From Chlamydiales bacterium (GTDB taxonomy: Bacteria; Chlamydiota; Chlamydiia; Chlamydiales; JAAZZY01): 64,000 nucleotides of DNA. The notes under the pieces are model-generated. The model saw only the letters and a list, made by a program, of their open reading frames with translations. It was not told the DNA's origin and searched no databases. The stretch spans positions 256,001-320,000 of the forward strand of contig CBDBKM010000010.1 in assembly GCA_965206695.1 (NCBI GenBank), given 5' to 3'. Position 1 is the stretch's first letter. Every line of letters starts with the position of its first letter. Position numbers and translations under genes: made by a program. Below are positions 1 to 11,458 of this stretch, piece by piece.

Positions 1-828
1 AAAACTAAAGATACAAGATCTCAAACACAGCCGGAGAGAGCCCGTAAGGCTTATATTGACGCAACCAAATCACTGAAAAATAAAGTTCCTTTGTACAAAG
101 ACAACATGACCTGGAAAATAAAGCACAGCCAATGATACAAATTCACCTATTATAAAACAAGAGCTGGGTGGCGGGACTGGTTCAGAGCCTCTGATTATCG
201 GCCAGTCTATTTTCAGGAACAAAATAGACAATAGCCTTCCTGTATTACAGGACCCAAACGATAGAAACAAGAGTCTTCTATTTGAAAGGGAAGGTGAGAT
301 AGAATCGATCAGGGTAAGATCTTGGGGTAGTCTGAGGGAATATCTGATGGAGATATCTCCTGTAAGGAGAGAGACAAATATAAAAATCGTTTGGATGATA
401 TTTATACAGTTATCATCCCTATAGATTTTGGAGCAGCTAGAGGATTATCCACCTTTGCAAAAAGAAAGATAAAACAATTCGAGGTTTTAGGGCCCTATGC
501 AGGGGTTCTTCGTGAAGGAGAAAAAGACTTCAAGCAAGGAATGAGGAAAATCGGCAAGAGAAACTTTTCAGCATATCTATTTGGAACAATCTCAGAGCAT
601 CGTGCTATTGACGCATTCGGATCAGGAAACACCCTCAGCTTGGTAAATACCGGTCAGCTTGGCAAGGGTGAAAGAATAGAAGACAACAATACATCTGCAG
701 TCCAGATAGGTAAAAGTCTCATTTTTTATGTGGCTAATAGAGATATCGATAAGGGGGAAGAGTTTTTTGTAGACTATGGGCCTATTTATGATTGTGAAAT
801 AAAACAAGAACCAACAGAAACAGAATAG
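1..828 (+). pseudogene. SET-domain protein (lysine methyltransferase-like, possible host-directed effector); apparently frameshifted, 5' end outside window
   Basis: ORF 391..828 has SET motifs (RGLSTFAKRKIKQFEVLGPYAG, IDA, LVN, IDKGEEFFVDYG). Upstream coding-like sequence is open in frame 1 (1..135), then in frame 2 (~122..424), implying frameshifts. Confidence 0.6.
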
Positions 829-884
829 ATTTTGTTCTTTCACTATAGTTGATTGGAAGAGCTGAATCGACAAAATATTTAATA

Positions 885-1250
885 ACCCGAGTTCGATGTA
901 ATGAAGTCATATTATCTCTCTAATTATTCAATAAATTATTTGAAAAAGTACTAAAAGAAAAAGGCTCCTTCCTTCAGAATATTTGTTTTTGACGAAACAG
1001 ATAACACCAAAAAGAGGAAACCATGAAGCTTGAAATATGCGTCATCTATTGTATTTGTAATGACTACTTAAAGGAACTGGACAGTATAGCATGGCACAAT
1101 GAAAAAATGAAAGAATTCATCGAATCCCATTATCCGTATGAGAAGGATTAATGCGATTTATGAGGAGGTATGCGCCTCTTAAATCGCTAAAATGTTTTAT
1201 TGTAGATTCATTTCCTCTTCAAGTCTGTAAAAACGCACGTATATTACGCT
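885..1250 (+). mobile_element. IS982-like left-end remnant
   Basis: ACCCGAGTTC terminus followed by a degraded ORF MKLEICVIYCICND resembling IS982 transposase N-termini. Confidence 0.4.
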
Positions 1251-1253
1251 CTA

Positions 1254-1512
1254 TACCCCTTATGAATCAAAGTGCCGATTCTAAGACTTGAAAATGATCA
1301 TTGATTCGTTTCCTCATTGATTGAGCAATAGAAGGCCAAGTATTTTCAAAAAATCCGGTAATCGATCTCCGAAATTCTTTAGCAGAATTAAAAAACCGAT
1401 TATTGCGACAATATTCATTCATCACTTTCCATAATCGTTCAATGGGATTGAGGTTAGGACTGTAAGAAGGTAAATAATAGAGAATAATACCTTGTTTTTC
1501 TGCTTCTTGTTT
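1254..1512 (-). mobile_element. IS630-family type A, 3' fragment truncated by IS1634
   Basis: Near-identical to 20642..20900 (TACCCCTTATGAATCAAAGTGCC...). Confidence 0.9.
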
Positions 1513-3280
1513 CCGACATTCCTAGACCTCTAAACAAGTTTTTCTAATTAAGCCATACATCCTCATTGCAGTCTTTCCAAACAAAACAATAATCTTTTTC
1601 CGAAGACGGGTTAAATTTGTGATCATTTCTTTACAAATTCTCCGGGAAGTCTTCTGAAAAAAACGGATTATTCCGATACCTTCCATAATTTGGAAAATCC
1701 ATCTTAATGTTGGATTTTTGACTTCCTTTCCTAATTGGTTGGGTAATGTCTCTTCTGTTTCTATCAATTTTTGTCGAAGTTGATATTGTCCGATATTATA
1801 AACCATTAAACACAATGTCATAACCATCATTAATGCTTCAATGCGTCGAGGGGTTTTTAAAAAAATAGAATCAACCATAAACCAAGGATCTTTTAAAAAG
1901 CGAAACCCTCCTTCAACCTTTTGCTGTTCTTTATATTCTTCTAACATCATCTCATCTTTATAATTTTCTCTATCGGTGTCATTCGCAGCTAAAATAAACC
2001 GTCCTTTTCTATTCATCAGTTTATTAATTTCTTCTTCTTCCCTTTCAAAGCTAGCATGAATCTTGTATCCAACAACTTGTTTTTCCTCTCCTTGTTTAGG
2101 TTTGCCTAATTTACCATATTTTAGAATCGGCAATATCTCACTATTCATGGAATATAAATGATTTTTTTTAGTCAATCTGCCCCAAGCTTTTTTAGCATCA
2201 CTTTCGCATTTAAATTCCTCATTACCCAAATGCCAAAGTTGTTTCTTGAGCTTTTCTTCTGCCTTGGTCAATTTTTTTTCTAATGATTTTATCTCTCTCT
2301 GATAGGCTTGCTCTGAAAAAACCAAAAGCCATCTTTGTTTAATCCCTCCATAAAAAGAGGTGAAGCTGCATGTTTTATATCCTTTCTCCTGATCAATCCA
2401 ATCAATTTCTTCTTCCGGTTTTTCTACTAATCTTTTTGCTTCTCCTATTATCTCGGGAACTCGGGTGAGCCATTTATAATCATTATTTTTTAAGAGCTTT
2501 TCTTTTGTGTATAACGCTGAATCGGCAACCCACTTCAACTTTGTTTTTACATCAATCTGTTGTTGAAATTCACTGATTTTTTTGAGCGTCTCATGAAAAC
2601 TTGCTTTATCAGAACTATTGCCGTCTAAGGCTTCCATCCATAGAGGCATAGAACTCGGACCATTGGTAACGAGAGAAAGTACAACTTGTTTCAAATCAGG
2701 TCTATGATCTTTAGAATAACCCTGCTTAATCTCAATCACTTGCGGATCATCTTTCACTTCATACGACCCATGAACGGAAAAGCTTGTTGTATCTAGATGA
2801 TGCGTTTTTTGTAGTAAATCATGGTCTAGGGCTATTCCAAAAGAAACTTCAGCAAATAATTTACTGCTCCCATATTTCGCAATATCATCCAAAGCATGAC
2901 CTAAAGTATAATCTGTGAGATCTTCTGCTCGAAGATCGTTGCCAAGTAAATTCTCTATCGATTTAGAAGCAAAAAATTGATGTGTTAGGTAGAGACGTCT
3001 ATTAGTAAACCCTAATCCATTCAGAATCATTGCAATTACTGCCTGTCCCGCACTTACTTTTCTTTGTGGATGATTTTTTAATCCGGTATCAATCCTTTCC
3101 GCTACTTTTAGATCGCTGCAAAGTGCTGCAATTAATCCATGGTGATCCATGTTCACTGTTTGAATATTATCTCCTGCAACTTCCGGCATAACTTTTCTCC
3201 TTGTATCAAATAAAAAGTAACAGGATAGGCAATCTATAATTCTAATTCAAAAAAAATATCTTACGGTCTAGGAATGTCGG
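1513..3280 (-). mobile_element. IS1634-family element, copy 1
   Basis: Terminal IRs CCGACATTCCTAGACC / GGTCTAGGAATGTCGG; near-identical to 48662..50429; no matching target duplication. Confidence 0.9.
1522..3189 (-). CDS. IS1634-family DDE transposase (555 aa)
   Basis: Motifs HLDTTS, GYSKDHRPDLKQ, WVADSALY, VEGGFRFLK. Confidence 0.9.
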   Translation of the reverse strand: MPEVAGDNIQTVNMDHHGLIAALCSDLKVAERIDTGLKNHPQRKVSAGQAVIAMILNGLGFTNRRLYLTHQFFASKSIENLLGNDLRAEDLTDYTLGHALDDIAKYGSSKLFAEVSFGIALDHDLLQKTHHLDTTSFSVHGSYEVKDDPQVIEIKQGYSKDHRPDLKQVVLSLVTNGPSSMPLWMEALDGNSSDKASFHETLKKISEFQQQIDVKTKLKWVADSALYTKEKLLKNNDYKWLTRVPEIIGEAKRLVEKPEEEIDWIDQEKGYKTCSFTSFYGGIKQRWLLVFSEQAYQREIKSLEKKLTKAEEKLKKQLWHLGNEEFKCESDAKKAWGRLTKKNHLYSMNSEILPILKYGKLGKPKQGEEKQVVGYKIHASFEREEEEINKLMNRKGRFILAANDTDRENYKDEMMLEEYKEQQKVEGGFRFLKDPWFMVDSIFLKTPRRIEALMMVMTLCLMVYNIGQYQLRQKLIETEETLPNQLGKEVKNPTLRWIFQIMEGIGIIRFFQKTSRRICKEMITNLTRLRKKIIVLFGKTAMRMYGLIRKTCLEV

Positions 3281-3633
3281 TTTGTGTCTTAAATTTTTAT
3301 ATAAATTGCCCCAATTTCGTTTATCTTTCCAAATATGACGATAAATACTTTCGTGGCTGATAAGCAGGCCTTCTTCTTCTTTCAATCGACCGGATATTTG
3401 AACAGGACTCCATTGAAGCAGTAATTTACTTTCTATCTTCATAAGTAGTTCAGGGGTCATTTTCTTTGTTTTACTGCTCGCTTTTGAACGCCTTCTTTTA
3501 GTTTTGATTTGTGCTGCAAAATAGATATATCTGCCTTCATAGCTATTTCTTTTTAACTCTCGATAAACAGTAGTTTTATTAACATTTAATTCCTGCGAAA
3601 TAGAATCAACAGAATCTCCTCTTTTTTTTAAAG

Positions 3634-4732
3634 CGCCCTTTCAACATCGAAGTGCAACAAACCGCTACAAATTAAACTTGTCTGAAGGTGGTAAAAAATC
3701 TCCTATGGTAAACGTAAGAAAACCAAGGAGGAAAGATGCCAAACGGCTACCGTCACTTAAACAAAGACAAGAGATGCCAATTGTATACCTTAATAAGAAG
3801 AGGAGGTCCTATCACCTTAATTTCCAATGAGTTAAACGTAAATCGATCGACTGTTTATCGCGAGCTAAAACGAAATTGTGGAAAGCGTGGATATCGGTAT
3901 CAACAGGCTCAAGAGAAGGCTTTAAAGAGACGAGGCTCAAAAACTCAACAACGAAAGATGAGCAGTGTAATGATTGCCATTATCGAAGAGAAGTTAAGCG
4001 TGCAGTGGAGCCCCGATCAAATATCGGGATGGCTGAAGAAGAAAGGGTATCAAGAAGCTGTAAGCCATGAGACAATCTATAACTATGTTTGGGAGGACAA
4101 AAAAAGAGGAGGCTTGTTGTATAAACACCTTAGACATAGTGGGAAGAAATATAACAAGCGAGGTAAAAATAGGGCCGGACGAGGATGTATTCCCGGACGG
4201 ACAGATATTTCTGAAAGGCCTGATATCGTAGAGAAGAAAACTCGTTTAGGCGATTGGGAACTAGATACAATCATAGGAACAGAAGGGAGCGGAGTCATTG
4301 TCTCAATGGTCGAAAGAGTCTCAAAGCTAACAAAACCGGAAAAAGTCTCGCGTAAAACCGCTGAGGAAGTAAAGGATGCGCTAGTAAACAGGTTAAGACC
4401 GGTCCAAAAATTTGTCATGACATTAACTGCTGACAACGGGAAAGAATTTACTTACCATAAACAAGTGAGCCAATTACTTGAGACAAGTTTTTACTTTGCT
4501 ACCCCCTATCATTCGTGGGAGAGAGGGCTGAACGAGCATACGAATGGACTCGTTCGACAATATCTCCCTAAAAATAAACGGTTTGATGAAGTCTCAGCAG
4601 GTAATTTAAAAAAGATTGAGAACTTGCTTAACAATAGACCCCGAAAAGTGTTAAACTTTTCAACACCGGAGGAGGTGTTTAACCGTCTCAGTAAGGAAGC
4701 AGCGAGTGTTGCACTTCGATGTTGAAAGGGCG
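3634..4732 (+). mobile_element. IS30-family element (inner, intact)
   Basis: IRs CGCCCTTTCAACATCGAAGTGCAACA at both ends; AAG direct repeat on both sides. Confidence 0.92.
3736..4725 (+). CDS. IS30-family transposase
   Basis: Motifs WSPDQI, GDWELDT, DNGKEF, WERGLNEHTNGLVRQY. Confidence 0.93.
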   Translation: MPNGYRHLNKDKRCQLYTLIRRGGPITLISNELNVNRSTVYRELKRNCGKRGYRYQQAQEKALKRRGSKTQQRKMSSVMIAIIEEKLSVQWSPDQISGWLKKKGYQEAVSHETIYNYVWEDKKRGGLLYKHLRHSGKKYNKRGKNRAGRGCIPGRTDISERPDIVEKKTRLGDWELDTIIGTEGSGVIVSMVERVSKLTKPEKVSRKTAEEVKDALVNRLRPVQKFVMTLTADNGKEFTYHKQVSQLLETSFYFATPYHSWERGLNEHTNGLVRQYLPKNKRFDEVSAGNLKKIENLLNNRPRKVLNFSTPEEVFNRLSKEAASVALRC

Positions 4733-5021
4733 AAGTACATATTTGGCACCTTTGTTCGTAGGTTAAATGCCGGTAGCCTTTAGGCATAAAAAATCCCTCC
4801 ATAGTTTTTTTTTGCAAAAATTTACTATAGAGATTTTGCCGGCATTTGGCCATTTTCAAATTCTTCCTATTTGTTGCACTTCAATGTTGAAAGGGCGTTA
4901 TTTGTTTTAATTTAATAAATATAGTCCTTTTTTTTGTCTTTATTATGAGGGTGTTATCGACTTGAATTTAATGATTTTGTTAACTAGAATTGAATTTTTG
5001 AGGTAAAATGAGAATGTTTAT

Positions 5022-6014
5022 ATGAAGTTATTTTCACGAAATAAACCTAAAATCAAGGTCCAAGTAACCAAAAGAGAAGGCTTTAATGACTGGCTTAAAT
5101 GCACTCATTGTAAAGAATTGACTCATGCTAATGAGGTAGAAGCTAAGAACAACTGTTGTCCAAAATGTGATTATCATTACAGACTACCCGCTCAAAAAAG
5201 AATTCAACAATTATCGGATGAAGGTAGCTTTAAAGAGTTATTTGACAATATTAAGCCTGTGGATTGTTTGAATTTTAAAGATACGGAAAGCTATACGAAT
5301 CGTATAGCAAGAACACAGAAAAAAACAGGTCGAGTAGAGGGTGTAATTGTTGGTACCGCGACTTTAGACTCCCATCCTATCGCTTTGGGCGTTTTAGACT
5401 TTAGTTATATGGGTGGATCTATGGGATCTGTCGTTGGAGAAAAGCTTACGTTGTTAATAGAACTTGCTCTTAAAGAGTCCATACCTCTCGTTATCGTTTC
5501 GGCTTCCGGTGGAGCGCGCATGCAAGAGTCTGTACTTTCATTAATGCAGATGGCGAAAACTTCCGTAGCTTTAGCTAAATTACATGAAAACAATCTGCTT
5601 TTTATTTCGATTTTGACGAACCCTACTTCCGGAGGGGTGACAGCTTCTTTTGCTTCTTTAGGTGATGTTATTATAGCTGAACCGGATGCATTAATTTGCT
5701 TTGCAGGTCCTAGAGTTATCGAACAAACGATAGGAGAAAAATTACCGGATAAAGCTCAGAAATCTGAATTTTTATTAGAACATGGCATGATAGATTGTGT
5801 CGTGAAACGACATAATATACGTAAAATGTTAATTAACTTTATAGATTTCTTTTCGGGTAACCAAAGAGAATTTTTTCATTTTAAAGTTAAAGATATTATC
5901 TCTTCTAAAGAAGAGAAGGGTAAAAATATAAGAGAACAGCTTACTAAGAAATTACATAAATTAGTATCTTTCTCATCTGAAGATGGATTTGTAGAAGAAA
6001 AAAAAATTAATTAA
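5022..6014 (+). CDS. accD: Acetyl-CoA carboxylase carboxyltransferase beta subunit
   Basis: C4 zinc finger; [29 protein letters not shown]. Confidence 0.97.
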   Translation: MKLFSRNKPKIKVQVTKREGFNDWLKCTHCKELTHANEVEAKNNCCPKCDYHYRLPAQKRIQQLSDEGSFKELFDNIKPVDCLNFKDTESYTNRIARTQKKTGRVEGVIVGTATLDSHPIALGVLDFSYMGGSMGSVVGEKLTLLIELALKESIPLVIVSASGGARMQESVLSLMQMAKTSVALAKLHENNLLFISILTNPTSGGVTASFASLGDVIIAEPDALICFAGPRVIEQTIGEKLPDKAQKSEFLLEHGMIDCVVKRHNIRKMLINFIDFFSGNQREFFHFKVKDIISSKEEKGKNIREQLTKKLHKLVSFSSEDGFVEEKKIN

Positions 6015-6031
6015 CCGGTTGGAGTGGCATA

Positions 6032-6478
6032 ATGACGATGGTCGAAATCGAAACAATTACTGTAGACGAAACGATACAATTACCCCAATACTCTTCTGAT
6101 TTAGCATCGGGAGCTGATGTGAAAGCGCATATTCCGGAAGAGCTTATTATCCCGCCCGGTGAATCGGCTTTGATACCAACAGGTTTAAAATTTGCTATTC
6201 CAAAAGGTTATGAAATTCAAGTTCGGCCCAGAAGTGGCTTAGCCCTAAAACATCAAATAACGGTTCTTAATACTCCGGGAACAGTAGATGCGGATTATCG
6301 AGGAGAAGTCGGCATTATTTTAATCAACCATGGAAAATTCGCATTTCGAGTGCTACCCGGTATGAGAATCGCGCAACTTGTTGTTGCTGCTACTATTCAT
6401 GGACAATTTATTTCAGCTGATAATCTGACGGCAACTGCCAGAGGAGAAGGTGGTTTTGGTCATACAGGTATCCAATAG
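6032..6478 (+). CDS. dut: dUTP diphosphatase
   Basis: [27 protein letters not shown]. Confidence 0.97.
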   Translation: MTMVEIETITVDETIQLPQYSSDLASGADVKAHIPEELIIPPGESALIPTGLKFAIPKGYEIQVRPRSGLALKHQITVLNTPGTVDADYRGEVGIILINHGKFAFRVLPGMRIAQLVVAATIHGQFISADNLTATARGEGGFGHTGIQ

Positions 6479-6479
6479 C

Positions 6480-6929
6480 ATGGTAAAATTTACTGATTAT
6501 CTAAATGAAGAACAGATTATTTTTTTAACGGCTAAAACAAGAGACGAAGCTTTAAGACAATTAATTGAAAATCTTGCAGCTAACGGAAAACTAAACAATC
6601 CAAAGGCATTTTATCAAGCTATTTTAGAACGCGAAGGTGTTATTTCTACAGGAATCGGAATGGGTATAGCAATACCTCATGCAAAGTTACCTGAATATGA
6701 TAATTTTTTTATCGCAATTGGTATTTTAGAAAAGGGCTTAGATTGGCAATCATTAGATGATATACCTGTTCGTTTAATTGTCATGATTGGAGGGCCTGAT
6801 GATAGGCAAACTCAATATCTTAAAATATTATCAGAGCTTACTTTGTTCTTAAGAGATAAGAAAAGACGAAAGAAATTGTTGACTTATACATCTTCGAAGA
6901 AGATTCTTAAATTTTTTAAGTCAGAATAG
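6480..6929 (+). CDS. ptsN: PTS EIIA (Ntr-type) protein
   Basis: ERE..STGIG.GIAIPH; ATG at 6480; chlamydial synteny. Confidence 0.9.
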   Translation: MVKFTDYLNEEQIIFLTAKTRDEALRQLIENLAANGKLNNPKAFYQAILEREGVISTGIGMGIAIPHAKLPEYDNFFIAIGILEKGLDWQSLDDIPVRLIVMIGGPDDRQTQYLKILSELTLFLRDKKRRKKLLTYTSSKKILKFFKSE

Positions 6930-6938
6930 TGGGGATGT

Positions 6939-7649
6939 ATGGATTTAAAAATTAAAGACGTTTCAACTTTATTACATGTTTCAGAAGAAGCTATTGAAAA
7001 GCTCATCGAACAAAATAATATTCCATTTTATCGTTTGAATGATGAATTTCGTTTTAACCGAACTGAAATTGAGAACTGGGTGATTGAACATTCACTTGAT
7101 TCATCAGAGGACAAATTGTCTCATTTTTTAAAGAGCAACGATGGAAAGGCAAGAGGGGGTACTCAGCCCTTTAGTTTCTTTAGAGCTATTCATAGAGGTC
7201 TCGTTATTAGGAATGTTCCCGGTGATACCAAGCAAGAAATTATCAAACTTGCTATGCAACAGATTGCTCAAAACCTTGATCTGGATGCCGAAGGGCTAAC
7301 CGAATTACTTCTTGATCGAGAAACATTGATGCCAACTGCTCTTAATAAAGGCATCGCTGTACCGCATACCAGAGATTTTCTTTTAAGTGAGGCATATGAT
7401 ATTGTCGCTATTGTATATCCGGATCAGCCGATTGAATATGGCGCTTTAGACGAAGAACCTGTGCATACTCTATTTTTTCTATTTGCCTGTCAAGATAAGC
7501 GTCACTTAAATCTTCTGGCTAAAATCGCTCATTTCTGTAGCGCAGAAGAGAACACCCGATTTTTAAAGAAGCAACCCGATAAAGAGGATATTCTACAATA
7601 CATTAAAGAATGGGAAAGTAAACTACAACAAGTGCGTGTGGTTACTTAA
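6939..7649 (+). CDS. ptsN: PTS EIIA (Ntr-type) protein with N-terminal excisionase-like HTH
   Basis: N-terminal HTH ([18 protein letters not shown]); C-terminal DRE..PTAL..GIAVPH. Confidence 0.88.
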   Translation: MDLKIKDVSTLLHVSEEAIEKLIEQNNIPFYRLNDEFRFNRTEIENWVIEHSLDSSEDKLSHFLKSNDGKARGGTQPFSFFRAIHRGLVIRNVPGDTKQEIIKLAMQQIAQNLDLDAEGLTELLLDRETLMPTALNKGIAVPHTRDFLLSEAYDIVAIVYPDQPIEYGALDEEPVHTLFFLFACQDKRHLNLLAKIAHFCSAEENTRFLKKQPDKEDILQYIKEWESKLQQVRVVT

Positions 7650-10192
7650 GATTCGTCTTTAGTATTAGTAACCAGCGCCTGTTCTTCTTCAGAAGCATCT
7701 ACGTTTTCCGAAGTACCTTTTTCAACAAATTTAACTTTATCGTTCTCAATTGTTACGAGATAAGATCGAATTCTATCAACAGGTGAGAACAGTAATGTTT
7801 CAGCAAGCGGATCTTCCAGATATTCTTCGATAGTACGCCTAATGGGCCTTGCACCCATATCAGGTTGAAATCCTTTTTCAACAAGGAAGTGAATAGCCGG
7901 ATCAGAAAGTTCGATAAAGATATCCTTTTTATTTAGGCGACCTTCTAATTTTTTAACCTCAATGCGGATAACCTTTTTAAGGTCTTCTTTTTCTAGAGAT
8001 CTGAATACGACTGTTCCATCTAAACGATTAAGAAATTCAGGTTTGAAGTGCTTTTTAACCGCACTTTCTATTTTTTCTTGAATTTTTTGGAAATTAGGAA
8101 CTCCATCTTTGGCTCCAAATCCTACTTCGTTAGATTTTCGAATAAGGTCAGCACCGAGATTGGATGTCATAATAATAATAGTGTTTCGGAAGTTAATTTT
8201 TCGGCCAAATGAATCAGTTAGCCTTCCTTCTTCAAGGATTTGCAAGAGGAGATTCATTACATCCGGATGTGCCTTCTCAACTTCATCAAATAAAACAACA
8301 CTATAGGGACGCTGTCTAACACGTTCAGTAAGTTGTCCGCCCTCTTCATGTCCAACATATCCCGGAGGGGAACCTGTCATACGGCTAATAGCGAACTTTT
8401 CCATATATTCGGACATATCCACTTGAATGAGAGAGTCTTCTCCACCGAACATATGTATGGCGAGCTCTCTAGCAAGAAGAGTTTTACCAACCCCTGTTGG
8501 TCCAAGAAATAAAAATGCGCCAATGGGTCTATTCGGATCTTTAATATCGGCACGAGAACGGCGAATAGCACGACAGACAGTTTTAATAGCATCAACCTGG
8601 CCAATAATACCTTCTTCTAATGTTTCTTCCATTTTAAGAACTTTAGAAGTCTCACCTTCAGTTAAGCGGTTAAGAGGAATGCCTGTTTGTTTGGCTACGA
8701 CGGAAGCAACTTCTTCTTCATCAACGATCACTTGATGTTCTTCTTTATTGACTTCCCATTCATTTCGAATTTGCTCCAGTTGTTCTCGTAAGGATTTTTC
8801 ATTATCTCGCAATTTGGCAGCTTTTTCATATTCCTGCCTACCAATAGCTTCTTCTTTCGCTATTCGAGTTTCTTCGATTTCAAGGTCAAGCTTAGCTATA
8901 TCACCCGGTTGATTCATCATAGCGATACGCATTTTTGCTCCTGCTTCATCAAGAAGATCAATTGCTTTATCAGGAAGGTAACGAGCATAGATGTATCGAT
9001 CGGAAAGAACTGCAGCTGATAGTAGAGCTTGTTCAGTATAAATACATTTGTGATGTTCTTCATATTTTGTTTTCAAACCCTGTAAAATGTCTACAGTTTC
9101 GCATAAGGAAGGTGGAGCAATTTGAATTTTTTGGAAACGTCTTTCTAAAGCGGCATCTTTTTCAATATGTTTGCGATATTCATCTGATGTTGTTGCCCCT
9201 ATACATTGAATTTCACCTCTAGATAGAGCCGGTTTTAGTATATTGGAAGCATCAATAGCTCCTTCTGCTGCGCCCGCGCCAACAATAGTGTGAAGTTCGT
9301 CGATAAAAAGTAAGATATTGCCATGTTTCTTTATCTCATCCATGACAGCCTTAATTCTTTCTTCAAACTGGCCTCGATATTTCGTTCCCGCAATCATTAG
9401 AGTTAAATCTAATGCGATGAGCTTTTTCTTCCGTAAATTATCAGGGACATCGCCACTAACAATGGCTTGTGCTAAACCTTCTACAATCGCTGTTTTACCG
9501 ACTCCGGCTTCACCTACTAATACCGGATTATTTTTACGACGTCTGCAAAGAATAAGAGTTAATCTCTCTACCTCTTCCTTCCTTCCAATAACAGGATCCA
9601 TTTTGCCTTCTTTACACATCTCGGTTAGATCATGACCATAGGCTTTTAAAGCCGGAGTTTTATCTGCACTGATACCACCTTTTTCATAGCTTTTTTGATG
9701 AGAGCCGGCGTCGCCGGTGCTTGAGGTTGTGCCGATGGGAGGAAGTTGTAGATTAAAGGTTTCCAGTTCTTTTAAAACTTCTTTTCGGATCTCTTTTAGA
9801 TTAACATTGAGATTTTCAAGTACTTGTGCGGCTACTCCGTCTGTTTGACGCAACAAACCTAACAGGAGATGTTCTGTGCCGACATAGTTATGATTAAGGT
9901 TAGCTGCTTCTTCATTTGAGTATTCAAAAACTTTTTTTACTTTTCCTGTAAGAGCAGGATCTCCATAGAGTTGAATTTCAGGACCATAGCCAACAAGTCG
10001 CTCAACTTCAGCTCTAACAGTTTCAAAATCAAGGTTTAAATTTCGAAGTACATTAACAGCAATTCCTTGCCCTAATTTTAAAAGACCTAACAAGACATGT
10101 TCTGTACCAAGATAGTTGTGATTAAGCCTTTGAGCTTCTCGTTTAGCTAATTTAATGACTTGTTTGGCTCGATTTGTAAATTTTTCAAACAT
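7646..10192 (-). CDS. clpC: ATP-dependent Clp protease ATP-binding subunit ClpC
   Basis: Clp-N repeats, two Walker A motifs ([16 protein letters not shown]), UVR-type middle domain. Confidence 0.97.
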   Translation of the reverse strand: MFEKFTNRAKQVIKLAKREAQRLNHNYLGTEHVLLGLLKLGQGIAVNVLRNLNLDFETVRAEVERLVGYGPEIQLYGDPALTGKVKKVFEYSNEEAANLNHNYVGTEHLLLGLLRQTDGVAAQVLENLNVNLKEIRKEVLKELETFNLQLPPIGTTSSTGDAGSHQKSYEKGGISADKTPALKAYGHDLTEMCKEGKMDPVIGRKEEVERLTLILCRRRKNNPVLVGEAGVGKTAIVEGLAQAIVSGDVPDNLRKKKLIALDLTLMIAGTKYRGQFEERIKAVMDEIKKHGNILLFIDELHTIVGAGAAEGAIDASNILKPALSRGEIQCIGATTSDEYRKHIEKDAALERRFQKIQIAPPSLCETVDILQGLKTKYEEHHKCIYTEQALLSAAVLSDRYIYARYLPDKAIDLLDEAGAKMRIAMMNQPGDIAKLDLEIEETRIAKEEAIGRQEYEKAAKLRDNEKSLREQLEQIRNEWEVNKEEHQVIVDEEEVASVVAKQTGIPLNRLTEGETSKVLKMEETLEEGIIGQVDAIKTVCRAIRRSRADIKDPNRPIGAFLFLGPTGVGKTLLARELAIHMFGGEDSLIQVDMSEYMEKFAISRMTGSPPGYVGHEEGGQLTERVRQRPYSVVLFDEVEKAHPDVMNLLLQILEEGRLTDSFGRKINFRNTIIIMTSNLGADLIRKSNEVGFGAKDGVPNFQKIQEKIESAVKKHFKPEFLNRLDGTVVFRSLEKEDLKKVIRIEVKKLEGRLNKKDIFIELSDPAIHFLVEKGFQPDMGARPIRRTIEEYLEDPLAETLLFSPVDRIRSYLVTIENDKVKFVEKGTSENVDASEEEQALVTNTKDES

Positions 10193-10246
10193 AAGCTTCT
10201 CTTTTTAAATACCTTAAATTTTTTTTAAATATTCATTCTAGGGCAG

Positions 10247-10275
10247 ATCTTAGAAGTTAAGTTGATTTTTTGCAA
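10247..10275 (-). promoter_or_regulatory. Putative sigma66/sigma70 promoter of clpC
   Basis: Minus strand TTGCAA-17 nt-TAAGAT, about 55 nt upstream of the ATG. Confidence 0.5.
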
Positions 10276-10454
10276 ATGAAGATAAAATTTCTTTAAAAAA
10301 TGTTTTCTCTAACGATCCCTCAAATTGTAATTGTAGCAAATCACCTAAATAAAGAGCTATGGTTTTATAGGTTGAAAATTTGCTTATTAAAGCGTTTTTA
10401 TGCAATTAAAAACGTGATAAGGGTAAAATATTGCATCAATTCATGTATTAAGAG

Positions 10455-11180
10455 GTGAAGGTTATGAAAGTTAGTATTTTAGATAGCGGGTTAGGACGAG
10501 CTCAAGAACATATGGACAAAGATAAACAACTTTTAACCTGCCTTAAGTCAAGCGGAGATTTATTATTACATCTATATGATTGGGAACAAGATAGCGCATC
10601 ATATGGGCATTTTATTAATCCGGAAGAACTTTTAAATATGGAGGGAGTCAAACAAAAAGGGTTGAAATTGGCTAGAAGAGTAACCGGGGGAGGGATTATT
10701 TTTCATATTTCGGATTTTGCCTTTTCTTTATTTATCCCGGCCAATCATCCAAAGTGTTCTTCAAATACCATGGCGAATTATGCTTTTGTTAATACAATTG
10801 TAATTGAAGCTGTTGAAGCTTTTATGGGAAAGACTGTTGAAGCTTTTCTTTTATCAACAGAAAGTGTTTCTGATAATTCTTTATCGAAAAACTTTTGTAT
10901 GGCGAAACCTACCATTTATGATGTCATGATTGATGGTAAAAAGGTAGGGGGAGCTGCACAACGTCAAACGAAAAATGGAGTATTGCATCATGGGACTATT
11001 GCTTTAGGGATGTTAAAAGCATCCTATCTGCAAGATATCCTTCTTTCTGAGTCCGGAGTATTAGAAGCAATGCAAGAAAATAGTTATACGCTGTTGGGTC
11101 CTGAATGGTCTTATAAAGAGCTCCAAAAGGCTCGCCGAAACTTGAAAGAGTTGTTCATTCATAAGTTGAGAAAATATTAA
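10455..11180 (+). CDS. lplA: Lipoate-protein ligase family protein
   Basis: RRVTGGGIIFH and GKKVGGAAQR; lies between clpC and gcvH as in Chlamydia. Confidence 0.85.
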   Translation: MKVMKVSILDSGLGRAQEHMDKDKQLLTCLKSSGDLLLHLYDWEQDSASYGHFINPEELLNMEGVKQKGLKLARRVTGGGIIFHISDFAFSLFIPANHPKCSSNTMANYAFVNTIVIEAVEAFMGKTVEAFLLSTESVSDNSLSKNFCMAKPTIYDVMIDGKKVGGAAQRQTKNGVLHHGTIALGMLKASYLQDILLSESGVLEAMQENSYTLLGPEWSYKELQKARRNLKELFIHKLRKY

Positions 11181-11234
11181 TATATTATAATTTTCGTCCA
11201 CTGCTTGAATATCTAAAGGGCCTGTTTCGATTTA

Positions 11235-11350
11235 TTAACAGTTCCCAACCTCTAAAAAGGGAAGGAATTCCTCATTCACAGACCACAGCTAACAAAAGAG
11301 TTAGCCTAACATGATCTCCAAAGGCTTAAATTATCGACTGCCCTTCGGTA
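11235..11350 (-). mobile_element. Orphan IS605 right end (tnpB 3' tail and omegaRNA-scaffold region)
   Basis: Reverse complement aligns over about 115 nt with 20298..20410. Confidence 0.85.
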
Positions 11351-11458
11351 TATACTCATTCACATTGGAAGCCGGACAGGATTGAGTTCCGGTACTTGAA
11401 ATGTATCATTCATTCGTGTCTTAAGCTTGTCCGGCTTCCAATGTGAATGAGTGTATAC
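11348..11458. mobile_element. MITE-like miniature element with 31-bp inverted repeats
   Basis: GTATATACTCATTCACATTGGAAGCCGGACA ... TGTCCGGCTTCCAATGTGAATGAGTGTATAC (1 mismatch), 49-bp interior, TA-rich IS630-like ends. Confidence 0.7.

Larger units (their letters stand above)
3281..4897 (-). mobile_element. Degraded IS30-family element (outer), interrupted by a second IS30 and truncated by IS1634
   Basis: IR TGTTGCACTTCAATGTTGAAAGGGCG ending at 4897. The minus-strand reading MPKGYRHLTYEQRCQ continues after the insert as ...QWSPVQISGRLK...SHESIYRHIW. Confidence 0.85.

Noticed and set aside
5860..6014. C-terminal extension on AccD
   Set aside because: Charged tail without a recognisable domain; length variation here is unremarkable.
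8109..9635. Several ORFs of 65-105 aa inside clpC (similar shadows in IS30, SDR, pabB, prfB)
   Set aside because: Antisense or alternate-frame shadows of well-supported genes, with no motifs.
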